DNA of 64,000 nucleotides from an uncultured Bacteroidales bacterium (GCA_900315705.1 ONAB01000001.1:143178-207177), one strand, 5' to 3'; numbered from the stretch's first letter, positions 56,743-64,000 are shown. Numbers and translations are program-made. Notes: generated from the letters alone by a model not told the origin.

Positions 56743-57954
56743 ATGCGTAAGATATTCCTGTTAATAATGGTCTTTGGCTCGTTATTAGGAGCTTGCCACA
56801 ATAAAGCAGAAGAGGATGCGATAGCCGCTATTCTTAATTCTGACGATGAAGAGGTGATTCTTGAAGAACAAGGTGGCAATTCCGAAACAAGTTGCCTTTC
56901 CTTGTCCCCATCTTTTGAAGGAACAAAAACGGTGACATCCGATTATCAAACACGTCTTGCTGATTTGGGTCGGGAGGTTTACCCAGAATTGATTCCAATA
57001 GAAAATGATGCTATAGGAGGTATAAAGTTATGTGCCGAAATGTCTGCGGATAGAAACGGCAATTATCGTTCCAATACACAAGGAGATAATCCGACCACTT
57101 TTTACTCGTACGAACTATTAGGACTGACCCTTCTCGATGTTTCCGATTGCGATGGTATTCCAAATATTTTGAGCAGAGTAATTGGAGGAGATGTTACAGT
57201 TGAATTGGGAACTGTTTGTGACAACCCAGATGCCTTTTGGGGAAATGGACCATCTTTCCAGGTTCCTATTACCATCACCAACAATCGTCCTGAAGGTACT
57301 GACGTGGATATTCCGCAAGGAACTATGTTGGAAGCAGAAAATGATAATGTTCAGAATATTGTTGTCGCAAAATCTGTGTCCACAAAATTATCTCCTTCTG
57401 AAACAAAGACCGTTACAGTAAAAGCAATGTGCGCATCTCGTAAACGTGGAGATCCCAAAAGGTCTAAGGTAAAGCTAACCCCATTCCTACTTAATGTACC
57501 ATCCAATGCCTACCAGGCACAAACTCAGCTGTGGGACCAAATTGAATCAAATCATCAATCAAGGAAAGAATATACCATCACATTCTACTCATGGGGCGTT
57601 GGAGATCCTAATGGACAAGGTGAACCGAGTCAAACTGGTCATGCATTCGTGGACATTCCCGGGATAGGTTTGGTAGGGTATGGTGGAACAGTGTTTGACC
57701 ATTCGCGTCTAATTCAAAATGCTACCAGATTGGCATCTGTAAGGGTGAGCCAAAGTGATTTGGATAACGCCCAAAGAAAGTATTATGAATGGTTGAATGA
57801 TACAAGGGGTTACGAATTGGCCCGTCACGACTGCACGTCATTTGTGATGGATATTGCAGATGCTGCGCACATTAAATATGGTACCCGATGGACTATTCAG
57901 TTCCCTGCAACATTTGTACGTGCTGTGAATTATTATAACAAATGGAATAATTAG
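56743..57954 (+). CDS. island gene G: lipoprotein with C-terminal LRAT/NlpC-P60-like (permuted papain-fold) motif pair
   Basis: Lipobox LLGAC. The His segment TGHAFVDIPGIGLVGY is followed about 60 aa later by YELARHDCTSFVMDIA. The latter resembles the Y-x-L-x3-NCEHFV Cys motif of LRAT/H-rev107-type enzymes. Confidence 0.5.
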   Translation: MRKIFLLIMVFGSLLGACHNKAEEDAIAAILNSDDEEVILEEQGGNSETSCLSLSPSFEGTKTVTSDYQTRLADLGREVYPELIPIENDAIGGIKLCAEMSADRNGNYRSNTQGDNPTTFYSYELLGLTLLDVSDCDGIPNILSRVIGGDVTVELGTVCDNPDAFWGNGPSFQVPITITNNRPEGTDVDIPQGTMLEAENDNVQNIVVAKSVSTKLSPSETKTVTVKAMCASRKRGDPKRSKVKLTPFLLNVPSNAYQAQTQLWDQIESNHQSRKEYTITFYSWGVGDPNGQGEPSQTGHAFVDIPGIGLVGYGGTVFDHSRLIQNATRLASVRVSQSDLDNAQRKYYEWLNDTRGYELARHDCTSFVMDIADAAHIKYGTRWTIQFPATFVRAVNYYNKWNN

Positions 57955-57956
57955 AC

Positions 57957-59069
57957 ATGAACTTTAGCTTATATGTGATTGGCACTCCTAACGGCTATGA
58001 CCAATATCCGTTAGACTCAAACAGTTCAAAATTTCAAGAAATATTGACTTCTTGCAACTCGGAATCCCAACTGTCCGTTTTGCGAGACAACCAACTTATC
58101 CAATATGTCTATGTGCGGAAAATCTCAAGTGACGACGGTTTTTGTTGGGGATTTGGCTTTGCGCTTGTTGTGACAGGGGTCTATTGCTTAAATTGCCATA
58201 CACTGAACGATTTGTTTGAAACCGCTTTTTATGATGTTCTGCTGAAAGGAAAACTATTTCGTTATCAGGGGAATAGCTTTAGTTACCAAGTGTCAAAATT
58301 CGCGGATGATATCAATGAAATCAAACGTATCAATACGTTTTTCAAGTCAAAATTGGAGTATGAATTAGGTGATTTGTTCGTTACGATTCCAGCTTCTTTT
58401 TCGATAGGAAATGGTCAGACATCCATCTCAATGAAAGAATCTGCTTCGGATATAAATTTTGCCGTTAAAAATTTTGATGTCGTTCATATCACAAATAATG
58501 AAAAAAAAAATCCAGGATCAAAACCACCTCCCCCTAAACCCAAACATTGGGTGTTTTGGCTTTTGATTACGGCGGTGCTTTTGGCGGGGACGGCGATAGC
58601 TATCTCTATGTTTTTTCATCGAAATCCAACTGGGCCAAAAATAGAAAATGCTTCTATTCAAAATCTTAAAACCATTTACGACGAGGCAATTCTCGAATTT
58701 AACGTTAAGAGTGAATTAATTGTCAATGGCAAAGATAAGGGCGTTGGGGATAAAGGTTATGTGATTGATGCGTTAAGAGCGATAAAAACAATAGAACGAT
58801 GTGAAAGAAAAGACCCGTTGTATCCCCAATTGGGTACAGACACTGTTTTCCAGAACAAACTCCAACAATATCGGAAAGAATTATTTAAAGCCAGAACAAA
58901 AATCATAAGTGAAAATGAGAAACAATTATACGACCCAGGAGATAGCTCTGGATACATTACATTAATGCGAGAACGCTTGAAATATATTGACTATGTAATA
59001 GAACAAACGAATGGGAATAGTGTCTTGGATGTCCAAATAAGACCACCGTATGAAAAGGATTCGGAATAA
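57957..59069 (+). CDS. island gene H: single-TM membrane protein, N-terminal domain paralogous to gene D
   Basis: The N-terminus is MNFSLYVIGTPNGYDQYP... A proline run (KPPPPKPK) precedes the TM WVFWLLITAVLLAGTAIAISMFF. The C-terminal part is ~150 aa. Confidence 0.7.
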   Translation: MNFSLYVIGTPNGYDQYPLDSNSSKFQEILTSCNSESQLSVLRDNQLIQYVYVRKISSDDGFCWGFGFALVVTGVYCLNCHTLNDLFETAFYDVLLKGKLFRYQGNSFSYQVSKFADDINEIKRINTFFKSKLEYELGDLFVTIPASFSIGNGQTSISMKESASDINFAVKNFDVVHITNNEKKNPGSKPPPPKPKHWVFWLLITAVLLAGTAIAISMFFHRNPTGPKIENASIQNLKTIYDEAILEFNVKSELIVNGKDKGVGDKGYVIDALRAIKTIERCERKDPLYPQLGTDTVFQNKLQQYRKELFKARTKIISENEKQLYDPGDSSGYITLMRERLKYIDYVIEQTNGNSVLDVQIRPPYEKDSE

Positions 59070-59104
59070 ACTGTCAGATTTTTTAATGAATATAAATATT
59101 AGTT

Positions 59105-60052
59105 ATGAAAAGAGTATGTTTGGTGATAGCTGTTAGCTTTTGTTTTATAGCTTCATATGCTCAATGTGTCCAAATATTGAAAGATGCACGTGAGTTCAAG
59201 AAAAACGGAGACTATGAGCGTGCTGCTGATTATTATGAAAAATTAAATACTCAGTGTCCAAGTTATGTGGACCAGAATGTGCAAAAAGAATGGGCTGCAT
59301 GCAAGAGCAAACAAAATAAAACTTTGCAAAAGAAGCCTTCAAGCAATTACGTCGCAAAACAACCACGGTCAACGGAGTGGCTTTATAATATGGACTTGTA
59401 TTTCGATGAAACAGGTAAATGTCTCAACGAAATTTGTCGTACGGAAGTGACTTACAGGGGAGATTGGTTTTTTTTAGTCCCCGATGCCAGCAAAAACTGG
59501 TTACATGTTGTGCAGTATGGAAACTCCTTGGATGTGAGTTGTGATCCTAACCTTACATCAATAGACCGTATTGATACAATTGATTTTGTTGCCAATGCCC
59601 CTCAAGGAACGCAAACCAGTATGATCATTGTCCACCAAGAAGCAAAAGGAACTTCTTCTGGCGCTACTAAACGAAAAAGGTCTCCCGCACAAAGTAATTC
59701 TTCAGACTCAATGGATGACTATCAGTCCATCACGGTTAAGGTCACTTTTGAAAAAGGGAAGGCGAAACCAACTTTTGAGAATGTTGGCAAATTACTTGGA
59801 TTATTGGAAGACAACAAAAATCTCGGTTTGCAGATTGAAATACCATGGTGCAGCGAGCGAAAAATAGAGGTGGGGATTTTTAATAAATATCCTATGTCAT
59901 TAATGAAAAAACGAATCAAAAACATAACGAATTATTTCGTTAATTCAGGAATTGCTAAAGAAAGAATTTCATGGTCCATGAATGAAAGCACTATAGATTG
60001 TGATTGTGCTTATGCTTATGCTAAAGTAACTGAACTAACGAAACAAAGATGA
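59105..60052 (+). CDS. island gene I: secreted protein with TPR-like motif, BACON-like beta domain (tentative) and degenerate OmpA-like C-terminus
   Basis: The signal peptide ends SYAQC. A TPR-like segment is KKNGDYERAADYYEKL. WFFLVPDASKNWLHVVQYGNSLDVSCDPN..RIDTIDFVA resembles BACON. The C-terminal LMKKRIKNITNYFVNSGIAKERISWSMNES resembles the OmpA_C helix. Confidence 0.55.
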   Translation: MKRVCLVIAVSFCFIASYAQCVQILKDAREFKKNGDYERAADYYEKLNTQCPSYVDQNVQKEWAACKSKQNKTLQKKPSSNYVAKQPRSTEWLYNMDLYFDETGKCLNEICRTEVTYRGDWFFLVPDASKNWLHVVQYGNSLDVSCDPNLTSIDRIDTIDFVANAPQGTQTSMIIVHQEAKGTSSGATKRKRSPAQSNSSDSMDDYQSITVKVTFEKGKAKPTFENVGKLLGLLEDNKNLGLQIEIPWCSERKIEVGIFNKYPMSLMKKRIKNITNYFVNSGIAKERISWSMNESTIDCDCAYAYAKVTELTKQR

Positions 60053-60101
60053 ATGTAAAATCTAGACAAATAGTATATCGCCCAAGAAAAATCAATCAAG
60101 T

Positions 60102-60518
60102 ATGAGAAAAAGAATCATTTTGGCAATCATTGCCTGCATTTGTTTTGTCGCATCATACGCGCAAAGCGGAAGTTCAGATGTCGTGTCAAAAACCAAAATT
60201 TCGTTTGCAAAGAACAAAGATGTTCCAAAGATTAAGGATGAGGATGGTAACATTGACAAGACGGTTGCGATTTTGAAAAAGAATCCGGGACTTAAACTTA
60301 TTGTGGAAGCATACTCTTGTGGCCGTGGCTCGGAACAACATAATCGGGATCTCGCCCAAAGAAGAGCAAACAATGTTCGCAATATCTTCATTGAGAAAGG
60401 GTTGAACCCAGATCAAATCGAAACCGCTTCTTATACGGAGAATGATCCTCAGAATAGCCAAGAGGACAAGATTCCCAAAGAGTGTAATTGTGCTGTCTTT
60501 AAAATCGTAAAAAGATAA
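60102..60518 (+). CDS. island gene J: small OmpA-family peptidoglycan-binding protein
   Basis: The signal peptide ends SYAQS. The OmpA_C pattern is ILKKNPGLKLIVEAYSCGRGSEQHNRDLAQRRANNVRNIFIEKGLNPDQIETASYTEN. Confidence 0.75.
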   Translation: MRKRIILAIIACICFVASYAQSGSSDVVSKTKISFAKNKDVPKIKDEDGNIDKTVAILKKNPGLKLIVEAYSCGRGSEQHNRDLAQRRANNVRNIFIEKGLNPDQIETASYTENDPQNSQEDKIPKECNCAVFKIVKR

Positions 60519-60551
60519 GTACTAAAAAATGTGCTTGCTAATCGTAGTCCT

Positions 60552-61832
60552 ATGCGTTTTAAGAAGAATCTTTTTCTGGTTGTAGTATCCGTCATTTCCT
60601 GCATCCTTCCCATACTGCTTTTATTCAAGCCTTCCATACTCTCCGCCCAACCCACTACCCAGACCTCTTCTCAAGTCACCCTCGAAGGCACCATCACCAT
60701 GTACAAGGTCACGCGATATGGAGATAGCCTGCAGGAAATCGACCGTTATCGCAGGACTACCAAGGAGGGTGAGTTTGTTGCTTTTATCCTGAAAACGGAT
60801 GAGAAATTGGATATGGCCCAATATCTTGAAGTAGATGAGTTGGCACCACTCTTGGAATATGACGAAACCATGCAGTCCGAGTTTTTGATGGTGCAGGATT
60901 TCGAATCAAACGAACCTTTCTCGGGAAAGAAATTCGCTGCCCAATATGCCAACAAACGCGTCCGCGTCACTGGCACTCTCTTTTTCCCCATGGCTGGCTG
61001 GCATTACGTGACACCCGTGGCGATGGAGTATAGTAGGGTGGAGGTAGTGGAGCCTAGAATGCCCAAGTATAAACAGAAATTCCCCCAAAAGAACATCCAG
61101 GTTAACGATTCCGTTGAACTGACCTTCTCCTCTATGGAGGAAGCGGAATGGAAGTTGTTGCATCGGGTTCCGTATGAGGCGTTCTATGACGCTTTTGAGG
61201 AGGTGCTTCAGTCTGACCCCTCGTCGATGGATTATCCGTTCGATTCGCTCACCTTTTTTGATCCGTCCCAAAGCGCCCCTCAGCTGACATCGGTCGTTTG
61301 GTCGGAGGATCGCAACATGCGCTGTATTGGCTTGACGTATTACACCCCGTCATTACTTGTTCAGTACAGGGCTGATGGCGAAGTGCGGCTGGCGGAAGAT
61401 AAGCTGGACGATAACAGCTACTGGTGCCAATGTCCAGACACCGTTTATACTCTTACAACCGGCCATTCCACCCTGTATCTGGTTCGGGGATACGACGGTT
61501 CTGTGGGCGGCGAGCGCAATTACTGCTTGCAGGCTTACGAATTGGACGAAACGGGTTTCCATCCGGCATCCGTTTTTGAAGAGAGCGACACCCCGAACCC
61601 AAACAGCACCAAACAAAACATCTACATGACAATTTGTGACAATGAGGAAATGATCAATACGGTTTTTAATGACGGCATCAGCTCCTTAGTCTATTTTGAC
61701 GGAAAAGAGAGCGCTGTCTATGTCCGGGTTTTCAAGGAAAAAGATCCGGACGCGGACGGCTGCACGTTCGAGATGACTAACCGCTACCGGAAATACGTAT
61801 GGGATGGGATGAGGTTTGTGCTGAGGGAGTAG
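60552..61832 (+). CDS. gene K: secreted/anchored protein whose N-terminal ~150 aa are paralogous to 62645..63202
   Basis: The ATG at 60552 (MRFKKNLFLVVVSVISCILPILLLF) is preferred over the GTG at 60531. The shared block is ..RVRVTGTLFFPMAGWHYVTPVAMEYSRVEVVE. The extra ~260-aa C-terminal region has no recognised motif. Confidence 0.65.
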   Translation: MRFKKNLFLVVVSVISCILPILLLFKPSILSAQPTTQTSSQVTLEGTITMYKVTRYGDSLQEIDRYRRTTKEGEFVAFILKTDEKLDMAQYLEVDELAPLLEYDETMQSEFLMVQDFESNEPFSGKKFAAQYANKRVRVTGTLFFPMAGWHYVTPVAMEYSRVEVVEPRMPKYKQKFPQKNIQVNDSVELTFSSMEEAEWKLLHRVPYEAFYDAFEEVLQSDPSSMDYPFDSLTFFDPSQSAPQLTSVVWSEDRNMRCIGLTYYTPSLLVQYRADGEVRLAEDKLDDNSYWCQCPDTVYTLTTGHSTLYLVRGYDGSVGGERNYCLQAYELDETGFHPASVFEESDTPNPNSTKQNIYMTICDNEEMINTVFNDGISSLVYFDGKESAVYVRVFKEKDPDADGCTFEMTNRYRKYVWDGMRFVLRE

Positions 61833-61839
61833 AGACGTT

Positions 61840-62489
61840 TCAGGAAACCACCCTGATGCCGTTGGCTTTCAGCTGCGCAAAAGCCCGTTCCAGGGTCTCC
61901 GCCTGCTCGAATTTCACATTGGCGTTCCCGTCGCGGTTCTCGATGTAGAAGGGATGCAGGTTGATCTGCGCGATGCCCGGGAAGTAGCCGAAGGCCTTCT
62001 TGTAGGAGTAGGTCGCATCGTATTTCTCGGCCTTGACGAATTGGTTGTCGTAATCGAACGTCACAGGCTGTTCTTTGTCCACCATGCCGAGTTGTATCAA
62101 TCCGTTGAGCAGTAGGCCGTTCAGCCTGTCGTTGATGTTGAACTGGTAGGTCTTCCCGCTCTCTACCGCCTGGAATTCGGCGTTCTCCACGGACAGTTTC
62201 TTCAGGTCGCGGGCAATGGTGTCCGCGCTGCAGAAGCAGTAGTCCGGATTTTCCTTGAAAGCCTCCTGGCGGAAAAAGTGCACATCTTCCAGAACCTCAC
62301 CGCCGCTGAGATAGACGGAGGTCAAGTTCTCCACGATATTGGAATATTTGTATTTTGAATTCAACCCTTTGACACCCAGCGTGTTGTCAACAAGATGGGC
62401 GAACCCTGAAGCCCGGAATTGGTCGATTGCGAAAAAAATTCCGCCGAAACTGTTGATTCTGTCGTTTTTAATTTGTATTTTGCTGCCAT
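61840..62489 (-). pseudogene. DDE transposase remnant (IS1380/IS4-like N-terminal part, tentative), 5' frameshifted and 3' truncated
   Basis: The open frame reads ..KIQIKNDRINSFGGIFFAIDQFRASGFAHLVDNTLGVKGLNSKYKYSNIV...GYFPGIAQINLHPFYIENRDGNANV.. and ends after about 225 codons. The only ATG (62489) is in the +1 frame relative to it. A -7 box (forward strand caaaaata at 62525..62532, reverse complement TATTTTTG) lies upstream. Confidence 0.6.
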
Positions 62490-62550
62490 ATTTCTCGTCT
62501 ATTGTTTGTTGACTTAATCAATCGCAAAAATAGGTGAAAAATATGAGAAA

Positions 62551-62590
62551 AGCAAGTCATTGCTAATTTATTTATTAACAATGACTTGCT
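62551..62590 (-). terminator. perfect 12-bp hairpin upstream of the IS remnant promoter (read-through insulator type)
   Basis: agcaagtcattg (62551-62) pairs with caatgacttgct (62579-90) around a 16-nt loop. On the minus strand it is followed by tttctcatattttt. Confidence 0.5.
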
Positions 62591-62644
62591 GATTTATCAA
62601 CAACTAAAATTGAAGTTAGTTTACGGAATTAAAGTTAAAAAATT

Positions 62645-63202
62645 ATGCCCAATATAACAACACAATTAAAGAGAATGCTCCTTTGGAGACGTATGAAAGG
62701 CTTAGTGTCCACACTAATATCATTTTTGACATTAGGCCTACTTTTATTCGCCAGCAACATCGCAACCCTTTATGCCCAAACATCAACACACCAAGTTGTC
62801 ATACCAGATACGCAACCCACTACCCTCTCCGGCACCCTCCACCTCTACTATGTCTCCGAATACGGTGACAAAATATCCGAGGTGGACTCCTACCGACTGG
62901 CCGCGGGCGACGGCGAGTACCTCGCCTTCGTCCTCAAGACCGTCACCCCCGTCGATGTGTCGCTCTTCCTCGACCGCGACGAGCTGCAGGCACTCGTGGA
63001 CATCGAAGGCTCTGTGATGCAGTCGGAGTTCATGCTGGTACCCAACCACGACCTGTTCGAGACCTTCTCGTGGAGAGACTACGCGGAGCGTTTCGCCCAC
63101 AAGCGCGTGCGCGTCTCCGGCACCCTCTTCTTCCCCATGGCTGGCTGGCACTACATCACCCCCGTGGCGGTGGAGTTCGGCAAGGTGGAGGTGGAGGAGT
63201 AG
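62645..63202 (+). CDS. secreted/anchored protein, short GC-rich paralog of the gene K N-terminal domain
   Basis: The hydrophobic N-terminus ends ATLYAQ. The shared block is ..RVRVSGTLFFPMAGWHYITPVAVEFGKVEVEE. 185 aa. Confidence 0.65.
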   Translation: MPNITTQLKRMLLWRRMKGLVSTLISFLTLGLLLFASNIATLYAQTSTHQVVIPDTQPTTLSGTLHLYYVSEYGDKISEVDSYRLAAGDGEYLAFVLKTVTPVDVSLFLDRDELQALVDIEGSVMQSEFMLVPNHDLFETFSWRDYAERFAHKRVRVSGTLFFPMAGWHYITPVAVEFGKVEVEE

Positions 63203-63485
63203 GGCTGTGCCATCGGTGCCGTGCCCCGGGAAAATGTGGCGGTTTCGGAGAATGGCCGCACAAGGCGACCGGTGCGCAGGCGGTGAAATGAATGTATTGC
63301 GAATGCTGTGAATTATTGCTGTTCATCGTGGTTTCTCGGAGAATGCCACCTATGGCCATGGCCTGAAAATATACTTTTTCTCTGTTTTTCATCAAGAAAA
63401 AGTACGTTTTCAAGCCTTGTTAAAAAATATCGCTCACTGTCCCCTGCTCGTTGCAGTGCCCGTTTTTTGCAACGTCTTTGCCCAT

Positions 63486-63510
63486 AAAAAAACACCCGCT
63501 TCTGCGGGTG
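63486..63510 (-). terminator. intrinsic terminator downstream of rplT
   Basis: cacccgc ttct gcgggtg (63493-63510) forms the stem-loop. On the minus strand it is followed by a T-run (forward A-run 63486-63492). Confidence 0.8.
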
Positions 63511-63556
63511 CTTTCTATGCGGTAAACACTGGTTACTAATTTAAAATCGGTGGCTA

Positions 63557-63901
63557 CTATTTCACTAAGTTCACAATAGCCTTGAATGCCTCAGGATTGT
63601 TCATCGCGAGGTCGGCGAGGGCTTTGCGGTTGAGGGCGACACCCTTCTTGGCCAAACTGCCCATCAGGACAGAGTAGGACATACCGTATTCGCGAGCACC
63701 CGCGTTGATACGGGTGATCCACAAACTTCTAAAGTTTCTTTTCTTTGCTTTTCTGTCGCGGTAGGCATATTGCTGGCCCTTTTCCCACGAATTTACTGCA
63801 ACGGTCCAAACGTTTTTACGTTTGCCGAAGTACCCACGGGTACGTTTCAAAATCTTTTTTCTTCTTGCTCTTGAAGCAACGTGATTTACTGATCTTGGCA
63901 T
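63557..63901 (-). CDS. rplT: 50S ribosomal protein L20
   Basis: [30 protein letters not shown]...[23 protein letters not shown]. 114 aa. Confidence 0.95.
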   Translation of the reverse strand: MPRSVNHVASRARRKKILKRTRGYFGKRKNVWTVAVNSWEKGQQYAYRDRKAKKRNFRSLWITRINAGAREYGMSYSVLMGSLAKKGVALNRKALADLAMNNPEAFKAIVNLVK

Positions 63902-64000
63902 AATTTAATTCCTTTCATTTCCCGTCAGCGGTTTGTCTTTCAAACTCTTTGATAGCTGAACGTGAAGATTTGTTTTTAGTTAATAATCGGGTTTATTAGC

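Noticed and set aside
51598-60518. Zorya- or Mot/Tol-like stator interpretation of the island (a membrane protein with long coiled coil plus OmpA-like proteins).
   Set aside because: Gene J has a cleavable signal peptide rather than a MotB/ZorB-type TM helix with a conserved Asp. Gene B shows no MotA/ExbB/ZorA-like features that I can recognise. No ZorC/D-like genes are present. The resemblance is superficial.
63203-63556. Small ORFs (63070..63291, 63156..63413, 63313..63495) between the paralog gene and rplT.
   Set aside because: They are short, overlapping, proline/glycine/arginine-rich translations with no start context or motifs. They are probably non-coding.
63902-64000. Expected rpmI (L35) coding sequence immediately upstream of rplT on the minus strand.
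   Set aside because: All three minus-strand frames of the last ~100 nt contain stop codons, and none resembles an L35 C-terminus. The region is treated as untranslated leader or spacer. rpmI, if present, lies beyond the window.

Overview
The window looks like a Bacteroidota chromosome segment. Evidence: T9SS components and cargo, TAnnTTTG -7 promoter boxes, a murF-alr fusion and a gingipain-like peptidase. Prevotellaceae-like is only a guess. About 50 kb is GC-rich housekeeping DNA: methylmalonyl-CoA mutase mutA and mutB (31 kb apart, opposite strands), a btuF-like binding protein, ruvA, the 2416-aa T9SS translocon sprA, purD, a TonB-dependent receptor, tRNA-Asp, a C25 peptidase with a T9SS C-terminal domain (CTD), prfA, an AddA-like helicase-nuclease, sufCD, rlmH, gmhA, pheS, a DUF2723 giant membrane protein, elbB, aroK, murF-alr, two polysaccharide genes and rplT. 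The stand-out region is a visibly AT-rich one-strand operon of 10-11 genes (about 51.6-61.8 kb). It lies between GC-rich host-like genes and abuts a dead IS. It encodes a small-GTPase-like P-loop protein, a 4-TM helical protein, two single-TM membrane proteins sharing an unrecognised N-terminal domain, a retropepsin-like lipoprotein, a lipoprotein with an LRAT/NlpC-P60-like motif, OmpA-like proteins and other secreted proteins. I cannot match this combination to any named system, so it is my main candidate for an undescribed envelope-associated system. Other observations: (1) a tRNA-Asp 3'-end duplication brackets a 2.7-kb integrase-less islet. (2) A dispersed intergenic repeat family built from heptamer arrays occurs at 5 loci, and two copies are near-identical ~117-bp cassettes ending in a promoter box. 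(3) A triple hairpin repeat lies between ppi and pheS. (4) A B12-box-like element at the window edge sits upstream of a T9SS-secreted two-repeat protein. (5) A perfect 27-bp tandem duplication covers a start codon. All calls come from reading the sequence and ORF translations. No searches or computations were run, and the GC figures are hand counts of a few lines.
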